The notes beneath the pieces were generated by a model, which saw only the letters and a program-made list of their open reading frames with translations, did not search any database and had not been told where the DNA came from. The position numbers and the translations under genes were made by a program. From positions 26,825 through 90,824 of the forward strand of contig JAUCBJ010001555.1 of assembly GCA_032718475.1 (NCBI GenBank): a DNA stretch of 64,000 nt, in the 5' to 3' direction. The DNA comes from Nemertoderma westbladi. Its lineage: Eukaryota > Animalia > Xenacoelomorpha. Shown here one piece after another: positions 1-11,978 of this stretch; positions within the stretch are counted from its first letter, which is position 1; every line of letters begins with the position of its first letter.

Positions 1-489
1 TCCCTTTAGAAAGAGCTGCTTTATAAGCAGCCAATGCTTCTGGGCCTCTCGCCAGTATCTCTATCGGCAGTTTTTGTTCTTTTATATAATTAATTAAAAT
101 TTTTGGAAGTTTCAGTGTATTTGATCCACTTATATTCATAATCATAAGTCCCATGTCTCTGAATTTATTAACAATTTCTAATGTTGAAACTTCATTTAAA
201 CCCCAAATACTAACCAGATTCTGGGTTGTTAACTCAGAAATATCTACATCCAGTCTAAAGTAAAGTTCTTTCTCTTTATCTGAAAGAACATCAACAGAAG
301 ATATAATTATATCAGTTATCTTACCCTGGAGTGGTTTATTTATGGGACCAACCCATCCAATATACTCAACAATTTCCTTTAATTCTTCAGTTTTCTCCAA
401 TATACTTTCCACCTGTTCGACACTTTTCTTTCTTTCAGTTTGACCTTCACGGAACGTATCAATTACTGTAATTGTGCCGCCATTATCTC
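1..489 (-). CDS. Second exon of the WD40 gene (runs off the window): end of WD40 repeat, APAF-1-like winged helix, pre-ROC motif
   Basis: The acceptor cctttatacAG at 491-490 joins in phase to give HIITG|DNGGTITVID, completing the WD40 repeat. The frame is stop-free to base 1 and ends ...KLPIEILARGPEALAAYKAALSKG. Not listed in the ORF track. Confidence 0.8.
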
Positions 490-946
490 CTGTATAAAGG
501 ATAATTATTATTAAGCTGTCTTTCCACTGAGTTGACATCCAATATTACGATGAAAAATTATGGGTTGGAGCAAGATAAATTTTATTAATCAAGTTACAAA
601 TATAATTATAAATATAATTCGTTAGGGTCTCCAATATGCACCTACGGTCCCTATACGTTTCCCTGCCTATGTCTTCTGTTTTTTGGTTACAACATTTATT
701 CTGGTTTTAGTGCAATTTCCAACCGATATAAAGTCGTACGTTACGTTAGTCAATTCTGCAATTTATATTAGAATTTGTACTTTAGTGATAATGATAGCGC
801 TGAGCTACCGAAATATATTTATAATAATATTTGAAATTTGATTAATATATTTAACTTGCTCCAATCCAGAATTTTTCATCGAATATAACTGACATCTCAA
901 ACTTTCTTATAGTTAATCCAAAATTACGTATTATAGCAAGGATAAA

Positions 947-1221
947 CGGGCAATAGGCGGGACAATAGGCGGGTCAATAGGCGGGACAATAGGCGGGACA
1001 ATAAGCGGGACAATAGGCGGGATAATAGGCGGGACAATAGGCGGGGCAATAGGCGGGACAATAGGCGGGACAATAGGCGGGACAATAGGCGGGACAATAG
1101 GCGGGACAATAGGTGGGACAATAGGCGGGACAATACGCGGGACAATAGGCGGGACAATAGGCGGGACAATAGGCGGGACAATAGGTGGGACAATAGGCGG
1201 GACAACAGGCGGGAGAATAGG
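947..1221. repeat. 12-bp minisatellite (GGCGGGACAATA)n, ~22 copies
   Basis: Directly visible tandem units; explains the VPPI/LSRL ORFs. Confidence 0.95.
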
Positions 1222-1297
1222 ATGGTTAAAATTATAAAAATAAGTTTTTTGCATTATTTCTGAACCGAAGTATGAAGCTGAAATACAATATCTCACT

Positions 1298-1548
1298 GAT
1301 ACTGTATACTGTTAATATAAACAACTACTGTACCCGCGATACTGTATACTGTTAATATAAACAACTACCCGCGATACTGTATACTGTTAATATAAACAAC
1401 TACCCGCGATACTGTATACTGTTAATATAAACATCTACCCGCGATACTGTATACTGTTAATATAAACATCTACCCGCGATACTGTATACTGTTAATATAA
1501 ACAACTACTCGCGATACTGTATACTGTTAATATAAACAACTACCCGCG
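1298..1548. repeat. 35-bp tandem repeat (GATACTGTATACTGTTAATATAAACAACTACCCGC), ~7 copies
   Basis: Units start at 1338, 1373 and onward with 35-bp period. Confidence 0.95.
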
Positions 1549-1794
1549 AGATGTGGTCGATAATAGTCTCCAACAGTCCGCCAGCTCCAACAGTAGCACC
1601 CAAACCTACAGATGATACTTAATGTTTTATACGATTTGTACCAACAGTCTCCAAAGCTATAAAAACAATCCTTGATCAGATTGGATTGCACACATTTAAT
1701 TTCGAACGTAGGTAGACTCGGTCAAATATATTGGACTAGACGAACTACCAATTTAATCTTCGGTCTAACAGCAGTCAATAGTGCTGGTTTACAA

Positions 1795-2863
1795 GGCGGA
1801 GATAACTCCCTCTTGAAATGACTCCCCAATCGTCTCAGCCTAGGTTGAGAACACTCTCCACTCCCAGTTATCATAGTCTAGGCTTAGAACACTCCCCTTA
1901 GGCTGAGATGACTCCACTTAGGCTGAGATGACTCCCTTTAGGCTGAGATGACTCCCCTTAGGCTGAGATGACTCCCCTTAGGCTGAGATGACTCCCCTTA
2001 GGCTGAAATGACTCCCCTTAGGCTGAGATGACTCCCCTTAGGCTGAGATGACTCCCCTTAGGCTGAGATGACTCCCCTTAGACTGAGATGACTCCCCTTA
2101 GGCTGAGATTACTCTACATAGGCTGAGATGACTCCCCTTAGGCTGAGATGACTCCCCTTAGGCTGAGATGACTCCCCTTAGGCCGAGATGACTCCCCTTA
2201 GGCTGAGATGACTCCCCTTAGGCTGAGATGACTCCCCTTAGGCCGAGATGACTCCCCTTAGGCTGAGATGACTCCCCTTAGGCTGAGATGACTCCCCTTA
2301 GGCTGATATGCCTCCCCTTAGGCTGCGATGACTCCCCTTAGGCTGAGATGACTCCCCTTAGGATGAGATGACTCCCCTTAGGCTGAGATGACTCCCCTTA
2401 GGCTGAGATGACTCCCTTTAGGCTGAGATGACTCCCCTTAGGCTGAGATGTCTCCCCTTAGGCTGAGATGACTCCCCTTAGGCTGCGATGACTCCCCTTA
2501 GGCTGAGATGACTCCCCTTAGGCTGAGATGACTCCCCTTAGGCCGAGATGACTCCCCTTAGGCTGAGATGACTCCCCTTAGGCTGAGATGACTCCCCTTA
2601 GGCCGAGATGACTCCCCTTAGGCTGATATGACTCCCCTAATTGAGTTATAATTCATATCCGTACCTGTGCTATTTCCGTATATTGCAAAAATTAAACTGT
2701 TACCTATGTTAATGAGTTATCGTTTATTGTTTTGGTTAGAAAAGCCCGCCACTGTAACCTGCTCCTTTCCGTTAATTAAGAAATCTAGGAAGAAAACTGG
2801 GGGTGTTCTCAGCCTAGGCTGAAAAGACTGGGGAGTCATATTTGGTGGGGAGTTATCTCAGCC
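1795..2863. mobile_element. Non-autonomous foldback/MITE-like element with ~60-bp imperfect terminal inverted repeats (TIRs) and an internal 20-bp array
   Basis: Left GGCGGAGATAACTCCC...CTCAGCCTAGGTTGAGAACAC is inverted at right as GTGTTCTCAGCCTAGGCTGA...GGGAGTTATCTCAGCC. No clean TSD seen. Confidence 0.65.
1890..2638. repeat. 20-bp minisatellite (TTAGGCTGAGATGACTCCCC)n, ~37 copies
   Basis: Contiguous homogeneous units resembling the flanking TIR motif; no spacers. Confidence 0.97.
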
Positions 2864-5119
2864 TGTTACATCGGACGAACTACCAATTAAAATTTTTTTT
2901 ACAAAGTTTAAGTTGACTCGATATGAAACTGTTTCGAAAATTTCTACAATTTTGCTCCGATTTAAAGAGGGTTGGGAAAGAAGGTTAAACTCATGCATGC
3001 AATATGTAAAATAGACTGTAATGCCTGAACTGACCATAATTACATTGGGAAACTTAAACGAAAACATGTAAAACGCCACAACGAACATTATTTATGGAGA
3101 GTGTTAGAGTTTTTACTGACAGTGTTGGTGGTGGGCTTAAAATTTGAATGTAAATAATGGTAATTGGTAAATAAAATGTATCGATTTACAGTTATATGCG
3201 GTCTTATATAATGGCTATAAACGTTGTGGAATAACACAACACTGTATCGACAATGGCCACTTATTCGACGAATATAACGTTTTTAATATAAAATAATAAT
3301 ATAATACGAATATAACAGATTTGGCAACTCACGAAACTATTCAAATACGAACTAATTTATAGACATATTTTTATAATAATTTATTTTACCAGGAATAAAA
3401 CGACATTAAAAATTGTACTTTCTTTAATGAGTGACACTTATATACTTATATGAACTTACATTAATATTTTCCACACTCACTGTTCTGTACACTTGTAATT
3501 TTTGAAAAAGACACTTACTCTGCTATAAACAGTACAATAATTCCACACTTATTGTAACATGAGAAAACCTACCAAATCCAATGATACATTTATCAGTTTG
3601 CGGTGGTGGTCAATTTCAAAAAGGTCAGAGTATCATATTCTGTATCACTACCGGTCTAAATACTACAGTGTCAAGTTGTTCCAAACAGTATTCCAAACCG
3701 TATGAGTCAAAAATCAGCTCCCTACTGCACGAGAATTTAACTCGCAGAAATAAGCTGTTTCCTTACTAAAAATTGTATTAGTTCAACTCAGAGCAGAGGA
3801 CCCCATGTAACCGGAATTTTCAATTTTACATTTAAATTTTTACAAAAGTTTTATAAAGTGACTTTTACGAAATTGTTGCCTTCGTTTCGTTGCCATTTTT
3901 CCCATCAATAGTGATTTATTTTTTATATATTTGAAAGCTTGCATTGTGAGGATTCCAAATATGTATTAATGTCTAAATTTCGTTGGTAAACAGATGAGAT
4001 ATGGGCGTTCTAAGATTGCAAGAAGTATCTTTCATTATAATATACCAGTTATTTATGTATATGTGTAGCTATGCATACATAAATATAATAATATATTATA
4101 AATAGGATAAATAAATAGGATTTTTATCATAAAAATGATAAAAATAATATCACGTTCTAGAATGTTTGTATTTATATTAATTATAATAAATGACTTCCAG
4201 CGAATGAATTTATCACAATCTTTGAACGCCAGTATTATATATCAGCTGTTTTTCAACAAAACTCAAAATAAATTTATATTTGGAATCCTTACAACTCAAG
4301 CTTTCTAATAATGAGGAATGGTCGTGATGCAATGAGGGCGGCGATATCGCAAACTTTAAACGTCTATAAATTCAAAAAAGAAAATTCTACGTATCTCCAT
4401 GTTAAATAAAGTATGATAAAGATTGTATAAAAATAAGGTGGGGTGTGGGTTAGGGATGTCCCTTCTTATCTAAAATGACAGGTGTAATATATTATTATAA
4501 TAAGCCTTTGTTGTAAGTAATGGGACTGTGTGGCAGACTTGAAAATGAAAGTTTTTATTATACATTACCGGTTGTATTCTCTGTACAGTTACTTTACTGC
4601 ATTGCAGTACCGGTACGCCTATTGGCACCATTATAGTTTGTTTATTTAAGTAGAACTACCAGTTGGTTAAAACGCCATTGATACAAACCAATAACAAACA
4701 ACCTAACAGATAACTGAATACATAATATTATTAAGCTAATTGCTGGTTTTATTAGTTTATTTTTATGTTACATTATTACTGGAACCAAACCGCACCTAAA
4801 ACTATCCGACTACAGGGACTATGTTGTAATGGTCTATATTCTGATACCCCTATTAGACTAATTTAAATTTCGTTCCCATGGTACCCGATATTGGCAGGAG
4901 GCAGTGAAGGTAATGTTCAGTTAATCCGCATCATATCGGTAAGTAAATTATTAATTAAATAAAATTGAATTAAATAATAATAATTAATGTAATTAATTCA
5001 TTTTAAGTGTTATAATGATTATTACTTACTATGGTACGTGGTACGGTACTGAATTAGACCCTAGGCCCAATTAATTAATTTAACGTGTTTTAATAAAATA
5101 GGTCTATTTAATTAATTAC

Positions 5120-5972
5120 CTGTAATAATATGCCGGTTATCTTTACAGAAATCGACAGCACCGATGCGGCTCCCCGTTCCTTCAATCCGGTTGATAACCT
5201 CCCCAGTTACAGAATTTAGAATATAAATCAACCCGGTGTCCACCCCAACAGCAGCGATTCTGGATCCGTTCGGACTCAATACGATCCTCATGACCTTAGG
5301 AGTTGCTTCCTGTCTCCACAAGGTCTCCCCTGTACCAACACCGAAGCGATGGATCCCTCCTTCCCAATCTACCGACACCACTGACTCCCCATCCGGACCC
5401 CAACACAGACTCCAGACCACCCCACTGTGCCCCCGGTATTGATACAACATCTCCCGGGTTCCGGTCTCCCAAACTGTTACTGTTCCATCATCCGAACAGC
5501 TGGCCAACCGGGACCCGTTCGAGTCGAACCGAATACAGAGAACCGACCCAGAATGCCCCACCCAGTTCGTAACCTTATATTTCCCCCCAGTTATTGATAT
5601 AATAGAAATCCTCCCGTCGGACCCACAAGTTGCAATGACGTCCCGGTTGGAGGGATTTATATCTATTCCCAACCTCCATGTACCCTCCCCCCCACCAACC
5701 ACTAACTCCTCCCCCGGTACCTCCACTACGACCCTCCAACCGGTCGCTTCCCGCTCCCAGACAGTCACCAACCCCCCCACCAAGGTTCCCGAGACAACGC
5801 GGTTCCCGTCCGTAGAAACCGCGACTCTCCAGTAACCGATATAACCTCCGGATCGCGGTAGATCTTCCTTTTCGTAGAGAGTTGTTGAGTTTATGATACA
5901 GGGGAGGTTGTAAGACACAAAGACAACCTCCTCGGTACCCGGGATCATTTTGAGTTCCTCGATCGGCGCCAT
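5120..5972 (-). CDS. First coding exon of a WD40-repeat protein gene
   Basis: The ORF has several WD40 repeats (GHSGSVLCIRFDSNGSRLASCSDDGTVTVWE; GHSGVVWSLCWGPDGESVVSVDW). The last repeat stops mid-motif at ACA G|GTAATT, a phase-1 splice donor at 5119. Confidence 0.85.
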
Positions 5973-6806
5973 TGTTAGGGGGATTATTGAATCTAAAAGA
6001 TAAAATAAAGTAAATTGCCGCTAAATTGCTAAAGTACTAATAAGTATTACAGCGCTAGTAATTGTTATTAGATAGTCAGCGTAGCCAGTAATTATTTACT
6101 AGCTGTTTTTATTTATTCGGTTTGTATAAACGATCAATATAATATTTAATTTATTTTTAATGTTCCAGTAAAACAAAGTGTTCTAGAACCTTAATTGATA
6201 ACGAACTTGTTCTAGGAGATTAAAAAGTAGCGACAACTAGTTAGTTTAAATAAAATGTTCTAGAACAAAATAAATATGTTCTAGAACATGAATATTGAAC
6301 ATCCAGTATTTGTGCTACATACCGTAGTTAGTATAAGGTTTGGTATTTAATAAATATACGGAAGAAAACCTTTTCAAACTAAAATTTATTTAGTTTATTT
6401 TGCAGGAATTAGATGGATTAATTGGATGGAATTAGTTTGCAATTAGATAATTAGGAATTCATATAAATTAATTTAGAAATTCCAAACTTGTTTTCCTCGG
6501 TGGGCCAAATTTTGGTGCGGCACCAAATTTTGAAATCCTTTCAATAGTTCAATCGCTTGTGACAACTTATTTCTCGCGTTTTACAGGTTTATGGTTTATT
6601 TTAATACAAACCTTGTTTTTTTTCTCGGGAAAAAAAAGTTTTTATTATTAAATATTTGTTCTAGAACATAATTTTTTCAATAACAAATAGCTGACATTTT
6701 TCTTGAACATTTAAAAAAATATTATCAAAAATTAATTAGTGTTCATTTCGATGGTTTATTTGATTCAATTGCCGACTTGTTTTATTTTATTTGAACATAA
6801 TATTAT

Positions 6807-7344
6807 TGTGACGGGATCCAGGAGGGATCCCGATTTATCCGATGTGGTATTTAGTCCACGCGTCCCCGCCGTGTATAAGAGTGGAATAAAGATAACTGAG
6901 TTCTGAAGTTCGGTGTATAATAATAGGTTATAGGATATAGATATATTGTGAATTATACGGTAGGCGGGATACGGTAACTAAAGTCCCGTGATCCCCTAAC
7001 TAAACTAATTGACTGTACCCTACGCTAGCACTGCTGCACTGAGATAACTGAATCACTGATTAATAGGTTATTGGTTATATTGCACAGTGGCCTTACTGCT
7101 ACTCAATCGATGCCATTCCCCCCTCTGATTGGTTAATACCCTTGTTGGCGCCCCGTGGAGTATTCCCGTTCACTCCACCTATTTCCTCTGGGTTAGGGGT
7201 TTGGCCCCTGACCCTCTATTGTGTGCTTCCTTCCCACTCTTATTGGGATGGCACGAGTTGGTTAATTGCCCAATCTCGTGGCTCCCAATATTGCTTATCG
7301 GCTTACAACTTTATGGGGTGTTGGCGGGATTGAATAAGCTAACA
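6807..7344 (-). repeat. 3' LTR of BEL/Pao element 1
   Basis: Matches 23477-24014; the only difference I saw is tgcacAgtgg vs tgcacGgtgg. Confidence 0.97.
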
Positions 7345-7353
7345 CTCCCCCCC
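7345..7353 (-). promoter_or_regulatory. Polypurine tract of BEL element 1
   Basis: Minus strand GGGGGGGAG abuts the 3' LTR. Confidence 0.85.
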
Positions 7354-8054
7354 ATGCTATCTTCCCGGTAAGAAGATAGCATCAACCAAAAAGTGCGTTA
7401 CAATCCCGCTGGATCCCGATCTAGTATCGGGTGTGGGGTGGAATTCTTTTCTCTAGGAGCCGGTTTTCCAGGCCGCCCCCTATGGGTATGATAACGCTAC
7501 CCTGTGTGCCTGGCGTCTCATGTCGGGCCGATCGCGCTCACCTCTTCACACGACTTTTGTTTCCCCAACACTTTCGCCCTATCTCACCTTCACTCTCACC
7601 CTATCTCTCTCACATTCGGACCTCCCCGTCCCTTACTCAGCCTCTTATCCTCCCCCCCCCACACTCTAGAATCGCGTCCGCACTCTCTCTGCACTCCACT
7701 CTATCACTTCGATCCTCAACCTCACTTTGAGTGTTTTTATCTCTCCTGACGAACCTCCCCCCCCTCTCGTGCCGTCGCACTCAAGAAGTGTGAAATTGTC
7801 AGTTGTCTCGTCCATAGTGCCATAGTCAGTTATTCCCCCCAGTCCCACTAGCTAGTTGAGAAGGGTTGTATGACTATAGTACTTACTCCAAACGTATGTA
7901 TTTTACTGCTAATCACTACGTACGTACATACAAATTGCACTTATATGATTATTTGCATTAATTAAATTTGTACTTAATAGTTCGTACGTTACATGCGGCG
8001 CCTTCCAGGCGCACCACTTCCCAGTCTCAGTCTTATTCCCTCGTCTCCGGGAAC

Positions 8055-9256
8055 TTATCTGTTCCTCCTCACGTCCTCTTCCCTGGCCCGTTTCTTGGTT
8101 ATCACCGCTCCTCTGGCATCATCCGCTTTCTGCTTCCGGACCTTCGCTGCCACTTCCTTGCTGATCCCGGTCGTCGGCTCCTTGGGCGCTGGTGTTATTA
8201 AAGCCCGATACCGCTTCGCCGGTGGCCCCTCAGAATGGCCTGGTTGTCTCCCTCGTGTGGCGTCCCATAGGATCATTTTCATTGCCTTTGGTACGTGTTC
8301 CGCCAAGAAATCCCTAAACTCCCTCCGGTTCTCTGGTGTCCACCTGTCGAGGTACCGTTGCGTATTCATAACTCCGGCGAACGATGCCGCCGTTGCTACT
8401 TCTTGATAGGTAAACGGTAACCTTCGCTTTATGATTTCCATGTGGGTCTCCTGGTTTATGAGGAAGAAACCCCACTTGAACTCTTGGGCCTTCATGCGCT
8501 GGCGCGTCATGGCCCCGACGTCGGCCCACTCCTCGAACCTCGTGAACTTCTCCTCGTCGCTCATCCAGTCGCACTCGCGTCCGTAGTGCCCCCGAAAGTG
8601 GCACTTTGGACATCGGTTATGCAACCGTGGACACGCCCCCATCCTGTGACTTGGTTCTCTACAGTAGAGACAAAAGGTTCCCCGTTGGAACCGGTATAGG
8701 CAGCTGCTTTCCCGATGGGTCTGTCTCCCACAGTAGTCGCAGCCGAGTACCAATGTCTCGCGTCCCACCTCGTCTTTCGTCCCAAGCGATCTCCGCGGTC
8801 TATGGAGTCGCTGGTAGGCGAACTTCTCTACGTTGCTCTCCCTGTTTACGTCTATCTCTCCGCCCCTCTCGGGCATCGTCTCCCCGAATACTATCCGTGG
8901 TGCCGTTCCCGGTTGCTCGCCCAACCTGATGGTGCTCCCCGCGAAATCCATCGCCGGCTCCTCGTGCACCCAGGTCCGCTTGCCGGATCTGTTCCAGAAG
9001 GCCCTCGCCCCACTGGCCGTCACCACCCTTCCGCCAACCCAGTCCGTGTCCGAGTGGCCTATCCTCTCGATGGGCGGCATCTCTCCGAATTCGTCATCGT
9101 CGTCTTCCTCTTCCGGTAGTGTCTCCAATCCCGGTATCCCGATGGATCCACTATGTCCCTTCCCGCCTTGGCTCTCGCCCGTAGCTCTCCATCCCTCCAG
9201 CTCCCTTAGCTTCCTTGGCGGTTGGTCGCCCTCGGCGCCCGCTGGTATGGGTATCG
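8055..9256 (-). pseudogene. 3' half of the BEL element 1 accessory ORF: three CCHC zinc knuckles and a basic tail
   Basis: CDYCGRQTHRESSC, CLYCREPSHRMGAC, CPKCHFRGHYGREC; in frame with the 5' half once the Gypsy element and one TGTG copy are removed. Confidence 0.8.
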
Positions 9257-9419
9257 TGTGTGTAGTGGTCAACGAAAGAATAATATGATAAAACGAAATA
9301 TAATATTATTGCTGACTAACAGAATGAGATAACTGAATAAGCTGTACAGTATGAAGCAGTAGGACAGAGATGAAAAATGTAAGTTTTGAATATCCCGCCA
9401 AAGTCTCTACCCTACATAA

Positions 9420-10951
9420 CCCCCCCTCCAGCGTGCAAACGCGATCAGCCCGGAGAGAAGGTGGTCGGTGGGCGTCGGCGGCGGCCGAACCGGGAGAAAT
9501 TGGCCGAGTCCGGGATCAGCGGCGGCGTGGACTAGCATGGTGGCGTTGGCCAGGGCCTCCTTGGCCGCAGCGAAGGCGGAGGAGCAGTCGGATGACCAGG
9601 TAAAGACCGACCCGGCGGCGCCGGAGGCGGCTGCATGGAGTGGGGCAAGCACTTCAGCGATTCCGGGGGCGAAACGGTGGTAGAAATTGACCATCCCGAG
9701 GAACCGTTGGAGGCCGGCCTTGTCCGTGGGCGTGGCGAACTCGGTGATGGCGGTTACCTTGGAGGCGAGGGGAGTTACGCCGCGGGCGCTCACCGTGTGG
9801 CCGAGGTACTCGAGTTCGGGGAGGCCGAAACTACATTTCCTGCGTTGGACGACTAGGCCGTTGGCGACCAGGGCGCCGAAAACCTGTCACAAGTGCTCGG
9901 CGTGCTCCTCCTTCGTCTTGCTAGCCACCAAGATGTCGTCGAGGTAGACGAAGGCGCAGTCCAGGCCGCGGAGGACGCCGTCCATCAGTCGCTGGAATGC
10001 CTGCGCCGCGTTCTTCAGGCCGAACGGCATCCGCAGGAATTCCCAGAGGCCGAAAGGGGTGATGATGGCCATCTTGGGGGTGTCCGCCGCCCGCATCGGG
10101 ACCTGATGGTAGCCCCGGGCGAGGTCGATCTTGGAGAAGATCGTCGTGCCAGCCAAGCAGGCGTTGAAGTCCTGGATGTGGGGGAGGGGGTATTGGTCGG
10201 CCACGGTGGCCGCGTTGAGGCGCCTGAAATCGCCGCATGGACGCCAACCGCCCCCGGGCTTCGGCGCAATGTGCAGGGCCGACGACCACGGGGAATTGGA
10301 GCGCCGGATGATGCCGAGTTCTTCCATTTTGGCGAACTCGGCCTTGGCGACGGTCAGTTTCTCTGGGTCTAGACGACGAGCGCGAGCGTGAAGCGGGGGG
10401 CCTTCCATCACTATGTGGTGCTCCACCCCGTGGCGGTTGGCCACCCCGGGTTGGAACCGCGGGATGACGACCTCGGGGAACTCGTTGATGATGGCGTCAA
10501 AGGCGGAGATGGAGGCGACGTGAAGGCCGCTGACGCCGCTGTGGAAGGCGGCGGAGAAGGCTGGGATCACGTGGCCGTCGTCGAGGGAGATGAGGCGCCG
10601 GCTGCGGAGATCGATGGCGATGTTATGGGCGGCGAAGAAATCGGCTCCGAGGATGGCCCTGGGGACGGCGGCGATGGAGAACTCGAACCCGAAGTCCCGG
10701 GGGTGTGTTGTGCCAAAACGCATCCTGTGGGTGCGGTAGCCCCATGTAGAGATGGAGCTGCCGTTGGCCGCGATGAGGGGGGCGGTGGCCGGTCGCTTGC
10801 GGGCGGCGGCGTCGGCCGGGAGAACCGACACCTCCGCCCCACAGTCCACGAGGTAGACTATGCCTTGGTCGTCTCGCACCATGACAGTCTTCTTGGCTTG
10901 CCCCCGGGGAACGCCGACCGCCTGGGCTAGCGGCCGGCGTTGGCGTTTCCC
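9420..10951 (-). pseudogene. pol: Gypsy Pol (PR, RT; one in-frame TGA at 9887-9889; truncated near RNase H)
   Basis: LVDCGAEVS; WRPCGDFRRLN; FSKIDL; RMPFGLKNA; YLDDILV; the same frame continues after the stop (LQRFLGMVNFYHRF) and then runs straight into the PPT. Confidence 0.9.
10898..10951 (-). promoter_or_regulatory. -1 ribosomal frameshift signal: G GGA AAC plus stem-loop/pseudoknot
   Basis: Slippery heptamer at 10945-10951 in the Gag frame, followed by stem AACGCCGGCCGC/GCGGTCGGCGTT; loop GCCC can pair with downstream GGGC. Confidence 0.8.
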
Positions 10952-11763
10952 GACCTCGATGCGGGATGAGAACCGTCGGCCGGGCAGTCGATGGTGATGG
11001 GAACGGCCGAAGACGAAGGACACCTGCCGCGTTCGCAGCGGTGGGCTGCCGGACCGAAACGCCGGTGGTACCAGCATGTGCCGCTCGGGTTGTCGGCGGT
11101 GTTGCGCTGCTGCTGTGGCTGCGTGGTGGAACGACGGCCGATGACCGAGACCCTGGCAGTGGGGACGGTAGAAGAGGAGCGGGCCTCCAAGATGCGGTCA
11201 GCGTCGACGGCGAGTGCGTTGAGGTCCGTTTGGTTCGACCCGGCGAGGACGCCCCGGACCTCGGCTGGCAGCTGGGCCAGGAAGATGGCCCGCAGGAGCG
11301 TTTCCGGGTCGGCATTGAGGCCTCTAATGTGCCGGAGGAGGCCGGTTGGCTTGAAGTCGCCGAGGCCGGCCAGCGAGAGAAGTTCCGCATCTTTGCTCGC
11401 CTGGGTGCGGCCGAAGGCCCTGCAGAGGGCGGTCTTGATGCCGTCGTACAGGTCGTTGGCCGGGGGGTTGATGATGTCGGACCGGACCTCTGCGGCGACG
11501 GCGTTGTCAAGGCACGCGATGATGTGGTTGTACTTGGTGCTGTCCACCGTGATCCCCTTGACATCGAATTGGGCCTCCACCTGCCGGAACCAAACCTCCG
11601 GGTCGGAAGTCCAGAACGGAGGTAGTTTGAGAGCGACCGCAGAGATGGCGGCTGGGGTAGCCAGGGCGGCTTTTGCGCCGGTGGGGTTGGCGGCCAAGGA
11701 GGCGGCCATGGCGGCAGCGGCGGCTTCGGCGAAGGCCTGATGTTCCTCGCGTGTAAGAGGCAT
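10927..11763 (-). CDS. gag: Gypsy Gag (CsRn1-like; LKLPPFW...WFRQVEAQF; CWYHRRFG...C)
   Basis: Conserved Gag N-terminal motif and CxxH...C knuckle. Confidence 0.9.
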   Translation of the reverse strand: MPLTREEHQAFAEAAAAAMAASLAANPTGAKAALATPAAISAVALKLPPFWTSDPEVWFRQVEAQFDVKGITVDSTKYNHIIACLDNAVAAEVRSDIINPPANDLYDGIKTALCRAFGRTQASKDAELLSLAGLGDFKPTGLLRHIRGLNADPETLLRAIFLAQLPAEVRGVLAGSNQTDLNALAVDADRILEARSSSTVPTARVSVIGRRSTTQPQQQRNTADNPSGTCWYHRRFGPAAHRCERGRCPSSSAVPITIDCPADGSHPASRSGNANAGR

Positions 11764-11978
11764 GAGGACGAAGTAGGCGGGGAAAATAATCAGAAAGGGA
11801 GTCTGAATCTCCGGGTCACCAATGTAGTGGTCAACGAAAGAATAATATGATAAAACGAAATATAATATTATTGCTGACTAACAGAATGAGATAACTGAAT
11901 AAGCTGTACAGTATGAAGCAGTAGGACAGAGATGAAAAATGTAAGTTTTGAATATCCCGCCAAAGTCTCTACCCTACA

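Larger units (their letters stand above)
490..5119 (-). other. 4.6-kb GT-AG intron of the WD40 gene
   Basis: GTAATT donor and tacAG acceptor in consistent phase; filled with tandem repeats and MITE-like sequence. Confidence 0.75.
9261..11978 (-). mobile_element. Nested, internally deleted Ty3/Gypsy LTR retrotransposon (no integrase)
   Basis: 156-bp LTRs 9261-9416 and 11823-11978 with no differences seen; TSD TGTG; PBS TGGTGACCCGG (tRNA-Trp-like); PPT GGAGGGGGGG; GC-rich interior. Confidence 0.96.

Noticed and set aside
924-1296. VPPI/LSRL repeat ORFs
   Set aside because: Translations of a 12-bp intronic minisatellite.
1890-2638. CRISPR-like appearance of the 20-bp array (also the 26-bp and hairpin arrays)
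   Set aside because: Units are contiguous or have low-complexity linkers; there are no unique spacers and no cas genes, and the context is eukaryotic.
3790-4465. Internal inverted repeats (~3933-3965 vs ~4275-4307) suggesting another MITE in the intron
   Set aside because: Termini and TSD could not be defined, so it is not listed as a feature.
7129-7371. Small plus-strand ORFs duplicated at 23799-24035
   Set aside because: They are duplicated only because they lie within the LTRs; no coding features.
8055-9272. 405-aa zinc-knuckle ORF as a stand-alone gag gene
   Set aside because: Its apparent start lies in the Gypsy LTR; it is the in-frame C-terminal half of the exonuclease ORF and has no capsid motifs.
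9370-11740. Many overlapping ORFs in alternative frames of the nested Gypsy
   Set aside because: Shadow ORFs caused by high GC content.
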